In this document: in pieces, positions 16,998 to 26,672 of the stretch
Numbering within the stretch: the stretch's first letter is position 1
Layout: every line of letters starts with the position of its first letter
Source of the DNA: a virus
Taxonomy: Duplodnaviria; Caudoviricetes
Reading direction: 5' to 3' (one strand)
Length of the DNA stretch: 64,000 nt
Virus record (IMG/VR): IMGVR_UViG_3300010429_002210
Coordinates: 2,308 to 66,307 of that record
Translations under genes and position numbers: made by a program
Notes under the pieces: generated by a model
The model's database searches: none
What the model saw: the letters and a program-made list of their open reading frames with translations, nothing else
What the model was told of the DNA's origin: nothing

Positions 16998-17398
16998 TGC
17001 CTAAGAAATCTGCACGCTTCACACCAAAAGAATTCAAGAAGTTTGTCAACGATCACTGTAGTGATCTCGAGGACGCACTGGTTAATATAAACAAAGATCA
17101 CGAAACACCCGAAGCTGAAAAGGCTGAGGACAAGCTCATCTTCACGTCTATCATCACTTTGATAAGAGCAATCGAAAAGGAATGGGAAAAAAATACGGAT
17201 GACCTTTTTCGTATGGTGTTGGAGCATACGATCGAGACACTCCTTCCTATTCCCGACGATTGGATTGAGTTCATTAACTTCTCAAACCACATGAACCAAC
17301 CAACGTTGGTGATAAAAAGAAACCCAGGTGGCATGACCATTGAAGACCTAATCGAGGAACTCGATGGTTCAACGGAACGAAAAGACACCAGACATTAG
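16997..17398 (+). CDS. hypothetical protein
   Basis: TAATG coupling to the upstream gene. Confidence 0.6.
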   Translation: MPKKSARFTPKEFKKFVNDHCSDLEDALVNINKDHETPEAEKAEDKLIFTSIITLIRAIEKEWEKNTDDLFRMVLEHTIETLLPIPDDWIEFINFSNHMNQPTLVIKRNPGGMTIEDLIEELDGSTERKDTRH

Positions 17399-17407
17399 GG
17401 AGGTCTG

Positions 17408-17767
17408 ATGCGCGTGATCTTCTGTGGTAACAGGAACTGGAATGACATCTTCAAAATCCATGCGGAGATGCGACGCCTCCCGCAGAACACAGAAATCGTG
17501 CATGGCGGGGCTCGCGGTGCTGACTCCATGGCGGGAACCAGTGCCCGAAGTTGTTACTTCAGGGTGACTGTGTTCCCTGCCGAATGGGAGAAGTACGGCA
17601 AAGCCGCGGGCCCCATCAGGAACAGGCAGATGCTTGACTACCTTCTTAAGTATGATGGTGAGAAGAAAGTCGTTGCTTTTCACCATAACATTGAAGTTAG
17701 TCGCGGAACCAAAGACATGGTGACTATTGCACGGAGAGCTGGTGTCGAGGTAAGAATCATCACCTAA
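17408..17767 (+). CDS. SLOG/YspA-like (DUF2493-type) protein
   Basis: IFCGNRNW, IVHGGARGAD, AEWEKYGKAAGPIRNRQM, SRGTKDM. Confidence 0.85.
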   Translation: MRVIFCGNRNWNDIFKIHAEMRRLPQNTEIVHGGARGADSMAGTSARSCYFRVTVFPAEWEKYGKAAGPIRNRQMLDYLLKYDGEKKVVAFHHNIEVSRGTKDMVTIARRAGVEVRIIT

Positions 17768-17779
17768 AGGAGGGACACC

Positions 17780-18901
17780 ATGGAAAACAGGATCAAGGAG
17801 GCGAAGTTAGTGCTATACAGTCTTCTCCTGAGCAAGAACCCCATGGAGATGACCGACAAAGAAGTTGACATCATGTTCTACCTGTCACTAGATCCAGCGA
17901 TCCAAGATAAGTTGGGCAAGTACGCGAGCCTTGCTGCACTTCAACCGAAGAAAAGGAACTATAAGGAGGTAGGACAAGTGCTTGAAACGTTCGACGTGAT
18001 CGAATACCTGCGCGACAAACGAATCTCCTACACCCAGCAAGGGAAGAACGTTTCCGGCCGGGACGTGGTCGGAGTACAGTGCCCCTTTTGCAACGACAAA
18101 TCCAACCACCTTGGAATCTTCTTGACAACCAAGATGCTGTCGTGTTGGAAGTGTGGTCCTCACGGACCCATTACGAACTATATTCGGGAAATTGAGGGGT
18201 GTTCCTATGCACAGGCCGAACGGATTTTGCAAATGTATCAGGACAGGTCCCTTCCCGTTCTGAGGCAGGACATCCGCCAACGTGCCAGTGATCTCACCTA
18301 CCCACCCGAAGCCGTGGATGAGATCCCGGAACTGCATCGGGCGTATCTAGAACACCGTGGGTTCGATCCTGAGTTTCTTCGCGCAAAGTACAAGCTCAAG
18401 TTCTGCAACGAGTTGGGTCCATACAAATTCCGAGTAATCGTTCCGGTTATCGTCGACGGAGTCATGGTCAATTTCTCCGCCATGGACGTGGTGAGGGATG
18501 ATTCTAACAAGGGACGTTCAAAATATGTCCACTGTAAGAACGAACTTGCTATCACGCCCATGAAGCGGTGTCTATATAACATCGACTCCGTTCGCCGACA
18601 CGCCCTAGTTGTTGAAGGTATGACTGACGTATGGCGTGTTGGTGACGGGGCGGTGGCCGTCATGGGAATCCAATTCACTGCGGATCAACTACACCTCCTC
18701 GCAAAGAAAGAGCTGCTCAAGGTCACCATCCTTTTTGACCCTGAACCCCAGGCACAAAGACGTGCAGAAATTTTTGCAACAAACCTGGCAACCGTGGTGA
18801 AGAAGGTCAGTATTTTGCAATCTGATGGCGGCGTAGACCCTGCAGACATGACTGATGAGGAAATTTCACAAGTCCGAAAAATTTTCCTTGACATGGAATA
18901 A
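17780..18901 (+). CDS. DNA primase (Zn finger + TOPRIM)
   Basis: CPFC..CWKC Zn finger; VVEGMTD, LFD, DPAD; an internal SD and GTG at 17978 may be the real start. Confidence 0.88.
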   Translation: MENRIKEAKLVLYSLLLSKNPMEMTDKEVDIMFYLSLDPAIQDKLGKYASLAALQPKKRNYKEVGQVLETFDVIEYLRDKRISYTQQGKNVSGRDVVGVQCPFCNDKSNHLGIFLTTKMLSCWKCGPHGPITNYIREIEGCSYAQAERILQMYQDRSLPVLRQDIRQRASDLTYPPEAVDEIPELHRAYLEHRGFDPEFLRAKYKLKFCNELGPYKFRVIVPVIVDGVMVNFSAMDVVRDDSNKGRSKYVHCKNELAITPMKRCLYNIDSVRRHALVVEGMTDVWRVGDGAVAVMGIQFTADQLHLLAKKELLKVTILFDPEPQAQRRAEIFATNLATVVKKVSILQSDGGVDPADMTDEEISQVRKIFLDME

Positions 18902-19102
18902 TTTTTGTAATATGTTTCAGGCACACCGAGGGGAAGCATCATCGAGAGAGATTTAGGAGAGACAATGAAAACGGTTTAGATTCTAAATAGGAAAAGCTTC
19001 TGTACTAGGGGCGAAGCGATTTTGCTTCCCCGGCAAACATCAGAAAGATTTTGACCTTTACCTCCTCCTTGTGGTCAAGCTCCTAATCTATCTCTGATCT
19101 TC

Positions 19103-19131
19103 GCCCCTAGCACAGGGGCTTTTCTTTTTTT
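19103..19131 (+). terminator. intrinsic terminator upstream of initiator genes
   Basis: GCCCCT-AGCAC-AGGGGC followed by a T-rich tract. Confidence 0.6.
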
Positions 19132-19168
19132 AGTTCTCTTAGTATTCATCTCATGGGGAGGGAAACCG

Positions 19169-19546
19169 ATGAGTATTGATGCTACTGCCACACCTGAGCA
19201 AAAAAAGAATGTATTTGAAGAACTAGACAGGATTCTCTTCGCATGCCCACCCAAAACACTGCTTGTTTCATCAGAAGCACTCTTCCATGAAGACTTAAAC
19301 TTTTCAGATGCTATCCTTCTTTCCCTGATCCACCATTGCATTAGAAAAGATGGCTGCACTGAATCCAACGAATTCTTTGCAAAGGTAATGCGTATGGCTC
19401 CGGGCTCTATCAAAAACAGTATCGCAAAATTAATTCGTGTGGGTTTTTTACACAGGGAATTCTCCGATAATGGAACCAAAAGACACCTGTACACGTTCGG
19501 GTATCTCATGCAGAATCGGCATTCACTACGACAAGGGGTAAAATAG
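19169..19546 (+). CDS. winged-HTH protein (replication-initiator N-terminal-like)
   Basis: CTESNEFFAKVMRMAPGSIKNSIAKLIRVGFL HTH pattern. Confidence 0.7.
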   Translation: MSIDATATPEQKKNVFEELDRILFACPPKTLLVSSEALFHEDLNFSDAILLSLIHHCIRKDGCTESNEFFAKVMRMAPGSIKNSIAKLIRVGFLHREFSDNGTKRHLYTFGYLMQNRHSLRQGVK

Positions 19547-19547
19547 T

Positions 19548-20966
19548 ATGACCACCAATAACGATTGCGAAAGAGTTTGGATGAAGTTTTACTTGGTTCC
19601 ATCAGAACTCGTTGACGACCCAGAAGTGGACAGTTCTCAATACGGAATCTGGGCAATAGTGTATGCTTTGGATTGGCTGGAAGGTTGTTTCGTTAGCAAT
19701 AAAGTTATCGCCAACACGTTGCATCTTTCAGAAGGGACTATAGTGAATGGAATCACGAATCTTGTTCGTTTAGGATATCTGACAAGAGAGCAAGATTCGG
19801 TCACTAAAGTTCGTACACTCCGTTTGACTAACAAGATAAAGTTTTCGTATGAAAAAGGTTCGGGTGCATCTAAAAATGCCCCACCGTCCATTCACAAATG
19901 GACGGGTGTCCATTCACAAATGGACAGGCTACCATTCACAAATGGACATATAAATAACATTGAAAAAAAACCTTCCAAAAAGAATTCTTCTCAAAGAGAA
20001 GAATGTACTGTCTGCGAAGCAGACAGGTTACCCTTGAGAGAGGAAATCAAGATAGGATCGTGGTTCCCTCTTAATTCAAACGCAACAACAGTGACAGCAC
20101 CCCTGTTGAAAAGAAGGACCCCTGCCCCAAGTATTCATGACCTGCCAGTCCGAGAACGGATGCTTTCCGCAAACACAGACAACCTTGCTCCCAAACCGAA
20201 ACAGGCACCCTTGCTAAACGTCCCAGCGTCGGTGCAGCAAGTGATCTCTGCTTGGGAGACCCGTGGGTTCATTCGACACAACCCTTCCACAAAAACTTTC
20301 CGAGAAGCTGTTGCGAGAATAAAGAAACTATTGCGAGGAACCTTTTTCGATTCGCATGCACAGTACAGGGTTTGGCATGGTAGGAAGTTCTCCATTGAGG
20401 AGATCATCCGAAGCGTCGACAACTTGCATCTTGCAGCACACAACGCCGATTACGAACCAGGAGGAAGCTATAAGCAACACTTAGCGAAGATGAGCCTGTC
20501 AGGGTTCTTCTTCAACGATTTTTCAACCAACGGTGAAAAAAGTCTCTTCATCAAGTACCTTGAGCGTCCCGCCTTATTGGCATCCACACAGAAGACAATC
20601 GAAGATCCCAATCCCTCAGTCACCACTTACTTAAAGAATTGGTACAGCAGGGAAGTGCGCGGTGGGTTCACTGCAGCGTTTTCAGCGGGAGATGAGACTG
20701 CCTTCCGACATGCTACGGGGCGCTTGATAAAGTTCCTTTCCGAGAACAGGGCACATCTCAACCTGATGTGGCAGGGCACACCCCTGATTCAGCTAGCAGA
20801 ACTCCTTTGTGAAGCATTAAAGAAGAGTGTTGATGGGCGTGTGGAACGGTTGACACCGGGGTGGTTCTGTTCAGATACCACATTCAGTTCACGTTTACCA
20901 TCCTATCTAAACTCGCAGGGATTCGGGCAACAGGCACCATCTGACATTGGTTCAGAATTTTTTTAA
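19548..20966 (+). CDS. replication initiator-like protein with N-terminal HTH
   Basis: CFVSNKVIANTLHLSEGTIVNGITNLVRLGYL HTH; intragenic iterons; lies between primase and DnaB. Confidence 0.7.
   Translation: MTTNNDCERVWMKFYLVPSELVDDPEVDSSQYGIWAIVYALDWLEGCFVSNKVIANTLHLSEGTIVNGITNLVRLGYLTREQDSVTKVRTLRLTNKIKFSYEKGSGASKNAPPSIHKWTGVHSQMDRLPFTNGHINNIEKKPSKKNSSQREECTVCEADRLPLREEIKIGSWFPLNSNATTVTAPLLKRRTPAPSIHDLPVRERMLSANTDNLAPKPKQAPLLNVPASVQQVISAWETRGFIRHNPSTKTFREAVARIKKLLRGTFFDSHAQYRVWHGRKFSIEEIIRSVDNLHLAAHNADYEPGGSYKQHLAKMSLSGFFFNDFSTNGEKSLFIKYLERPALLASTQKTIEDPNPSVTTYLKNWYSREVRGGFTAAFSAGDETAFRHATGRLIKFLSENRAHLNLMWQGTPLIQLAELLCEALKKSVDGRVERLTPGWFCSDTTFSSRLPSYLNSQGFGQQAPSDIGSEFF
19886..19985. repeat. 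iteron array and AT-rich tract (putative replication origin)
   Basis: CCATTCACAAATGGAC at 19888, 19910 and 19932 (22-bp period), followed by an A/T-rich run. Confidence 0.8.
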
Positions 20967-20967
20967 G

Positions 20968-20991
20968 AAAATTTCCAAAGTTGTGTATAAT
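20968..20991 (+). promoter_or_regulatory. conserved phage promoter motif
   Basis: AAAATTTCCAAAGTTGTGTATAAT; one of six copies. Confidence 0.75.
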
Positions 20992-21008
20992 TAGGGCGAG
21001 GGAAGAAC

Positions 21009-21431
21009 ATGCCACAGTTTGAAGAAGAACGAGAACGATCCTTCCGCGCTTGGGACAAAAAAGAACGGCGAATGGTCTATGATGTGGGCGTGTATGCTGG
21101 CACGGTGATCCAATCGTATGAACATCCGTTCAATGGAATGAAAATTTTAGGTCATGCTTTCTCACAGCATTTAATTCCTATGGACTTTGTGGGCCATGAA
21201 GATAAAAATGGCAAGAAAATCTGGGAGGGAGACATCGTGCAGTACGATGAGCCCGGTTTTTCGAAAGTCACTTCATACTTTTACGAAGTGTTTTGGGACA
21301 AGGATCGTTGTGGATTCTCACCATTTTCGAGAGACGACGGGTGTGGATGTTGCTCTTCTGTCTTAGTCAGTCCGGAGGAGGTGGTTGTTATTGGTAACAT
21401 CTATGAAAATGTGGATTTGATACCGAGATAG
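21009..21431 (+). CDS. YopX family protein
   Basis: FRAWDKK, EDKNGKKIWEGDIV, VIGNIYEN. Confidence 0.85.
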   Translation: MPQFEEERERSFRAWDKKERRMVYDVGVYAGTVIQSYEHPFNGMKILGHAFSQHLIPMDFVGHEDKNGKKIWEGDIVQYDEPGFSKVTSYFYEVFWDKDRCGFSPFSRDDGCGCCSSVLVSPEEVVVIGNIYENVDLIPR

Positions 21432-21464
21432 TATGGTGCACTTAAAAGGAGGAGGAGGGGGATA

Positions 21465-23054
21465 GTGCTTCGTGAGAGACAAGTTAACATCGACATCGAG
21501 AAAAAGATTCTTACTGCGCTGATCGTCTCTGACAAGTTCTGCCAAGAGATTCTGCCCATGATGCGTTTGGAGTATTTTCATTCTGATTATTCCAAGCGCA
21601 TTGCTAAATGGGTCGCGCAGTATCATGCCAAGTACCGTCAGGCACCCGGCGTACACATCCAAGACATTTACGAAGTGGAGCGTGAGTCTCTTCGTGAAGA
21701 CGGCGAGAGGGAGATGATAGCCTCCTTCTTGCAAGGGATGTCTTCGGAGTACGAACAAGGAACACCACTCAACGTTCCGTACTTAGTAGACAGGTCAGTT
21801 GCACTCTTCCGAGAAAGAGCCCTGCACAACACCAGCGAAGGAATCAAAGCCTACCTGGGTGCAGGGCGTGTTGAGGATGCAGAGAAAGTTTTGCAGGACT
21901 ATCGAAAGGTAGCGAAGTCCATCACGCAATGGGTCAACCCGTTGGATGCACAGTTCGCAGCCAGGGTGTTCGAGAACAAATTGCAAGATGTAGAGGACGA
22001 CAGGACAGATTTTCTTTTCCGTTTCCCTGGGGCATTAGGAAAGTTATTAGGACACTTCGAGCGCGGCTGGCTGATATCTTTCTTAGCCCCCATGAAAAGG
22101 GGAAAGACATTCTTCCTGCAAGAGCTTACGTTTCAAGCGCTGTTAGCCCGTCTGAACGTTGTCTTTATCTCCCTTGAAATGAGTGATGATGGAATGTCCG
22201 TGCGTTTTTACAAGCGCGTCACGGGCCTTTCACAGATGCAGGGAGATATTCTCTACCCTGTTTTTGATTGCGAACGGAATCAAAAAGGCTCCTGTGGGAG
22301 GAGGGAGCGTAGCAACCGTGTGGCCATCCTGCGGCAAGATGGCGCACGAATGTCCTATCAGCAAGCCGCGGCGGCCGGGTACAGGACTTGCGTTTGGTGT
22401 AGGGAGAATGATCCTCACAACGTAAAGGGGTTCCTCCCGACATCATGGTTTGAGCCCCTGCACCGAGACAAGATGAGTTACAACCGGGTGGTGTCGCAAC
22501 TCAATGGCTTGACCACATCTTTCGGTGATCGGTTGAGGTTGAAGTCGTACCCCGCGTACTCTGCTAACCTCTCCACAGTTCTTCATGATCTCATTCAACT
22601 TGAGTTTACGGAGAACTTTATCCCAGATGTAATCGCCCTCGACTACGCTGATATTCTCGCCCCCGAAGATACCCGACTGGAGGGTCGAGAACGAATAGAT
22701 CAGACGTGGAAGATGTTGAAGCGCATTGCGTCGGAGCGACACTGCCTGGTTGCAACTGCTTCTCAGGCCAACAGACAGAGCATGGACAGGAGGGATGTTC
22801 GGAACATTGACGTAGCGGAGGACATTCGGAAGTTAGCGCATGTGGACGCGATGTTCACGCTCAATCAGACACCCTGGGAAAAACGAAACGGAATCATCCG
22901 TGTGGGCACCATCGCACATCGTTGGAATGATTTCGATGCGAACCGGCAGGTGATGGTGTTGCAGAACCTTTCCCAAGGGCAGGTTGTTCTGGACTCCGAG
23001 ATCATGCGCTACGAGGTAACTTCACAGGAAACGGCCGAGGGGGCCACAACGTAA
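21465..23054 (+). CDS. dnaB: replicative DNA helicase (DnaB-like)
   Basis: APMKRGKT Walker A, SLEMS, DYADIL, TASQANR, AEDIRKLAHVD. Confidence 0.88.
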   Translation: MLRERQVNIDIEKKILTALIVSDKFCQEILPMMRLEYFHSDYSKRIAKWVAQYHAKYRQAPGVHIQDIYEVERESLREDGEREMIASFLQGMSSEYEQGTPLNVPYLVDRSVALFRERALHNTSEGIKAYLGAGRVEDAEKVLQDYRKVAKSITQWVNPLDAQFAARVFENKLQDVEDDRTDFLFRFPGALGKLLGHFERGWLISFLAPMKRGKTFFLQELTFQALLARLNVVFISLEMSDDGMSVRFYKRVTGLSQMQGDILYPVFDCERNQKGSCGRRERSNRVAILRQDGARMSYQQAAAAGYRTCVWCRENDPHNVKGFLPTSWFEPLHRDKMSYNRVVSQLNGLTTSFGDRLRLKSYPAYSANLSTVLHDLIQLEFTENFIPDVIALDYADILAPEDTRLEGRERIDQTWKMLKRIASERHCLVATASQANRQSMDRRDVRNIDVAEDIRKLAHVDAMFTLNQTPWEKRNGIIRVGTIAHRWNDFDANRQVMVLQNLSQGQVVLDSEIMRYEVTSQETAEGATT

Positions 23055-23101
23055 AGGGGAAAAGCGCCCAGAGAGAGAAATAAACTTAGTGAGGTGCTTG
23101 T

Positions 23102-23929
23102 ATGAGGAGAATCGTTTTTGTTTTGGTGGTGGTGCTTGTTTTTCTTTCGAGCACTGCAATGGCAACGGACAAGTGTAACCATTACGGGTGCAACAAACCC
23201 AAGGGACACCCCGTAAACAACACGGCGAATGCCAAGGCCAGTGCGTACGCCGGAGCCATGGCGGTTTCTAACCAATGGCTTTCGGCGCGGCAGAGCATGA
23301 CTTTCAACCCTTCCATTCAGGCGGGTGGTGCAGACGTCTCCATCGGCGGTGGTCAGTTTGAGGCCCCGAAACCGGACTTCCCGGTAGCGTACGCACCCGT
23401 GGCGCCGTCCCCGCTTGACTACCGTGGTCCGTACGACTACAGCGTCTACAAAGACGACCAGCCGTGGTTTGACAGGTCGAAATGGATTGCAGACTTTGCA
23501 AACAATCTCCCAGACGGTGGTGACATCAGGGTGGGCCTGTTCGAGAAAGCAGAACCCGTCAAATACTTTTATACTCATGATGGGCGTGAGCAGGAGTTTC
23601 AGTCTGCACCGGGAAGAATGGTCCTAGGAAAGATCTATTGCCAAAGCAAAGGACCGGAGGACACCCCGAGCTCCGTTTGGGGTGGTTGCGCCCGCGCGAT
23701 CCTAAAGGGAGGTTGCGAGTATGTTTCCCTGGTCGGAGGCGATGTCTCTTACGGCAGCCGCGCTAAGGCCGTTAACGTGGGTGGGGGCGTATCCCTTTCT
23801 TCCATTTTCGGCAGTTTGTTTGGCCTTACAGGTGGTGTTGGTGGCACAAACACGGATTGGGATGCTTCCCCTTATGAGCGGGTCCACCTCATCTGGAAGT
23901 GCTACTCCAAGTACCGCCCGCAACAGTAA
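23102..23929 (+). CDS. secreted hypothetical protein
   Basis: signal peptide (..STAMA); Gly-rich C-terminal region. Confidence 0.7.
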   Translation: MRRIVFVLVVVLVFLSSTAMATDKCNHYGCNKPKGHPVNNTANAKASAYAGAMAVSNQWLSARQSMTFNPSIQAGGADVSIGGGQFEAPKPDFPVAYAPVAPSPLDYRGPYDYSVYKDDQPWFDRSKWIADFANNLPDGGDIRVGLFEKAEPVKYFYTHDGREQEFQSAPGRMVLGKIYCQSKGPEDTPSSVWGGCARAILKGGCEYVSLVGGDVSYGSRAKAVNVGGGVSLSSIFGSLFGLTGGVGGTNTDWDASPYERVHLIWKCYSKYRPQQ

Positions 23930-23948
23930 CGGGCCCTAGTGTAGGGTC

Positions 23949-23990
23949 GGGGCGGGGTCTCAGCTAACCTTATGGGAGGCACCCCGCCCC
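23949..23990. terminator. GC-rich hairpin
   Basis: GGGGCGGGGT / ACCCCGCCCC 10-bp stem; weak T tract. Confidence 0.4.
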
Positions 23991-24010
23991 ACTAAATCTT
24001 TTCTGGGGAG

Positions 24011-24355
24011 GTGATAAAGATGGACTTGATGCGTTTCGTACAAAGATTGCGGCGAATGGAGATTAACGACGGCGATACCATCCTGGTACAGATGAACGAC
24101 AAGGAGGGTGCCTCCCCCACCGAAATCACGAAAGCCATGCGGGAGTTCGAAAAGAAGCTAGAAGAGGTGGGCTTCCATGATATGAAAGTCCTCGTTATTG
24201 ACAGCACCACCAACATCGAAGTCGTTCGTGAGAACATGCAGGCACAGAAAGACCGCATCCGTGAGGGTGAAATTGCCGACCCCGAAGAGCGGGAGCGCGT
24301 CCGTCGGGAACGGATGAAACGTATGATGGTGGAATCCTCCAAGAAAGGAAGGTGA
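24011..24355 (+). CDS. hypothetical protein
   Basis: ORF with SD. Confidence 0.6.
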   Translation: MIKMDLMRFVQRLRRMEINDGDTILVQMNDKEGASPTEITKAMREFEKKLEEVGFHDMKVLVIDSTTNIEVVRENMQAQKDRIREGEIADPEERERVRRERMKRMMVESSKKGR

Positions 24356-24359
24356 CCTT

Positions 24360-24698
24360 GTGCGTATGTGGAATGTGAATCCCGCAGTAATGTGCCGACA
24401 GCATCTCTTGGGTGAGCACCTTGAGATGCACATGTTCGCCGGCTACATTCGTTGCGGGAGGCGCCTCTCTGGTTTCATCAAGAACGGACTCGTCGAGGTT
24501 GAGCGCGTAAAGTCCCGTCATGACGAGTTGGCGGGGGAGATGTGCCGTCGTGGGTACGCGCATTGTTCCCCTTTGGAAGTTACACCCAACGGGATCTTCG
24601 GTGGTTGTGTTGACCCTGAGAAGTCGCGGCAGGAATTACGCACCCGATGCCCCGTTTGCAAGCAGTTACAGGAGAAAGCCCATGACACAAATCTGTAA
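24360..24698 (+). CDS. denV: pyrimidine-dimer DNA glycosylase (T4 endonuclease V-like)
   Basis: MRMWNVNP..MCRQHLLGEH.E...RHDEL..EM.RRGY.H.SPL. Confidence 0.8.
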   Translation: MRMWNVNPAVMCRQHLLGEHLEMHMFAGYIRCGRRLSGFIKNGLVEVERVKSRHDELAGEMCRRGYAHCSPLEVTPNGIFGGCVDPEKSRQELRTRCPVCKQLQEKAHDTNL

Positions 24699-25071
24699 GC
24701 GGTTCCATTTTGACTCAGCGCATTATCTCCCTTGCCACGAGGGTCGTTGCAAGCATCTCCACGGTCATCGTTGGGTAGTTGAGGTGAAGATTGACGGACC
24801 CCTACAAGACACGGGTCCTCAACGCGGGATGGTGATAGACTTCAAAGAGTTTGATGCAATCGTGAAGCCTATAATCGACGGGCTTGACCACAAGGTTCTC
24901 AACGACATCTTTCTTACTGACCCCACGGCGGAGCAGATTTCCCGGTGGATGTACGCGAAGCTCGACGGTGTGTTCACGGAGCGCTTCTACGGGGAAGTCA
25001 CAGTTGTGTACGTTCGCATTTACGAAACCCCAGATTGTTACGCCGAAGTGGGGGTGGAAGATGTCCGATAA
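24682..25071 (+). CDS. queD: 6-carboxy-5,6,7,8-tetrahydropterin synthase
   Basis: FDSAH.L...C..LHGH, VIDF, LDH, PTAE, YET. Confidence 0.92.
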   Translation: MTQICKRFHFDSAHYLPCHEGRCKHLHGHRWVVEVKIDGPLQDTGPQRGMVIDFKEFDAIVKPIIDGLDHKVLNDIFLTDPTAEQISRWMYAKLDGVFTERFYGEVTVVYVRIYETPDCYAEVGVEDVR

Positions 25072-25771
25072 GTGTTTACTTCATGTCGCGAGTTTCTTTC
25101 AGTCGTTTAACGGGGAAGTAACAGCGCTTCATCAAGGGAGCCTTTGCACGTTCATCCGATTGTCCGGGTGCAACCTTCGTTGCAACTACTGCGACACGAA
25201 GTACTCGCAGGAGGACACCCCTAACACATCCCTTATCTCACCTATCGAGTTGATGAAAGAAATCTTTACGTTACCACACAGCACAGCACGTGTAACGATA
25301 ACGGGTGGGGAGCCTCTGCTGCAACGTGACCCGCTGGACCGGCTGGTCGACTTTCTCAACTATCTGGACATCCCCGTGAGCATTGAAACCAACGGAACAC
25401 TTCCCATTCCATACTCATGGAACGTGGCGTCCTGGGTTGTGGATTGCAAACTTCCCGGTTCGGGAACCCCCCGGGAGGTTGCTTGCAAGTACTACGAGAG
25501 TTGGGTAACGGGTCTTCGTAAGGAGGATTTTATCAAGTTCGTCATCACGAACCGTGCGGATTTCGACGAGGCCGTAAACATCGCACACAATCTGAAACGC
25601 GATTCTTGCCGCGCCGGTGTTGCCTTCTCTGCGGCATCGGCCAATGTTTTCGGACACACGCGCTTGCTGGAATGGCTTAAGGAAGCCAATCTCACTCATG
25701 CTATCCTCAATGTGCAAATTCACAAGATTCTTTTTCCTGGTTCTGGAGGAGGAAGGGAAAGTGAGGTCTAG
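25061..25771 (+). CDS. queE: 7-carboxy-7-deazaguanine synthase (radical SAM)
   Basis: FQSFNGE, FIRLSGCNLRCNYCDT, TGGEP. Confidence 0.92.
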   Translation: MSDKCLLHVASFFQSFNGEVTALHQGSLCTFIRLSGCNLRCNYCDTKYSQEDTPNTSLISPIELMKEIFTLPHSTARVTITGGEPLLQRDPLDRLVDFLNYLDIPVSIETNGTLPIPYSWNVASWVVDCKLPGSGTPREVACKYYESWVTGLRKEDFIKFVITNRADFDEAVNIAHNLKRDSCRAGVAFSAASANVFGHTRLLEWLKEANLTHAILNVQIHKILFPGSGGGRESEV

Positions 25772-26079
25772 TGGGAATCTACCATCCTGTTGAGAGAAAA
25801 AAGATTAAGTGTAAAATCTGTAAGAAACTGTTCCGACCAACACGAAAAGACAAGGTCACCTGCAGCGAACCCTGTCAAAGGGTTTGGAAGAGGACGAAAG
25901 ATGGTGACCGTCAACGAGAAAAGTACAATGGGGTTCATAAAAAGACCCGTGAAGCAACCGAGCGCCGCTGTGTTCGTGAGATCAACGGTAAACCTTGTGG
26001 GAGAAAGGTGCCAAAGGGTCTTTTCTTTTTTTGTCGTAGTTGTTTTTCGGCAGCCTCCGACGTTGTAGACTTCCGTTAA
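25771..26079 (+). CDS. Cys-rich zinc-binding protein
   Basis: CKIC..CSEPC and C..C..CRSC clusters. Confidence 0.6.
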   Translation: MGIYHPVERKKIKCKICKKLFRPTRKDKVTCSEPCQRVWKRTKDGDRQREKYNGVHKKTREATERRCVREINGKPCGRKVPKGLFFFCRSCFSAASDVVDFR

Positions 26080-26103
26080 AAAAGTTTCAAAAAAAATTCG
26101 CAC

Positions 26104-26126
26104 AAAAAGTGAAAGTTGTGTATAAT
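26104..26126 (+). promoter_or_regulatory. conserved phage promoter motif (variant)
   Basis: AAAAAGTGAAAGTTGTGTATAAT. Confidence 0.65.
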
Positions 26127-26167
26127 GAAGATGAAGGGAAGAAACAAGTTCAACGGAGGAGGTACTC

Positions 26168-26644
26168 ATGGCATCATACGCGGTTATTCTCAATGGAAAG
26201 AAGACCCCCTGTGCTTCGAAGGAGGACGTTGTGACACGCCTCTTCACGTTTGCAGTGGGGAACTACAGGGTGTGTTCTCTCCATGCCCTTCGTGTCAACC
26301 TCACAGTCGCCGCTGACCTGTTAGTGGAACTGTTGGCGGACGAGCAGAAGGTGCTCGAGGAGAAGCGCAAATCGGTCAACGACAAACACTCACGGAAGAC
26401 GCTGGGCACGCAGAAAGCATCGCTCACGCGCATGGTAAAGAGAATGTTGCTCTTTCAGGAAAGCGTCCGTAAGAGCACGGACGTTGGGGCGCTCATTGCA
26501 AAGACCTACGAGATGGTTCTTTCACTTGAAGGCAAGGGCCTGCTCCCCGGGTTCGGGTTCACCAACCGTTTCAAGGACACAATCCATGGTGACCCCGAGA
26601 GGGTCAGCATTCTCAGTGTCAACACGTTAACGCCAGGAAGGTAA
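26168..26644 (+). CDS. hypothetical protein
   Basis: GGAGGAGG SD. Confidence 0.7.
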   Translation: MASYAVILNGKKTPCASKEDVVTRLFTFAVGNYRVCSLHALRVNLTVAADLLVELLADEQKVLEEKRKSVNDKHSRKTLGTQKASLTRMVKRMLLFQESVRKSTDVGALIAKTYEMVLSLEGKGLLPGFGFTNRFKDTIHGDPERVSILSVNTLTPGR

Positions 26645-26672
26645 CACTCATTTAGGAAAAGGAGGTTTCACA

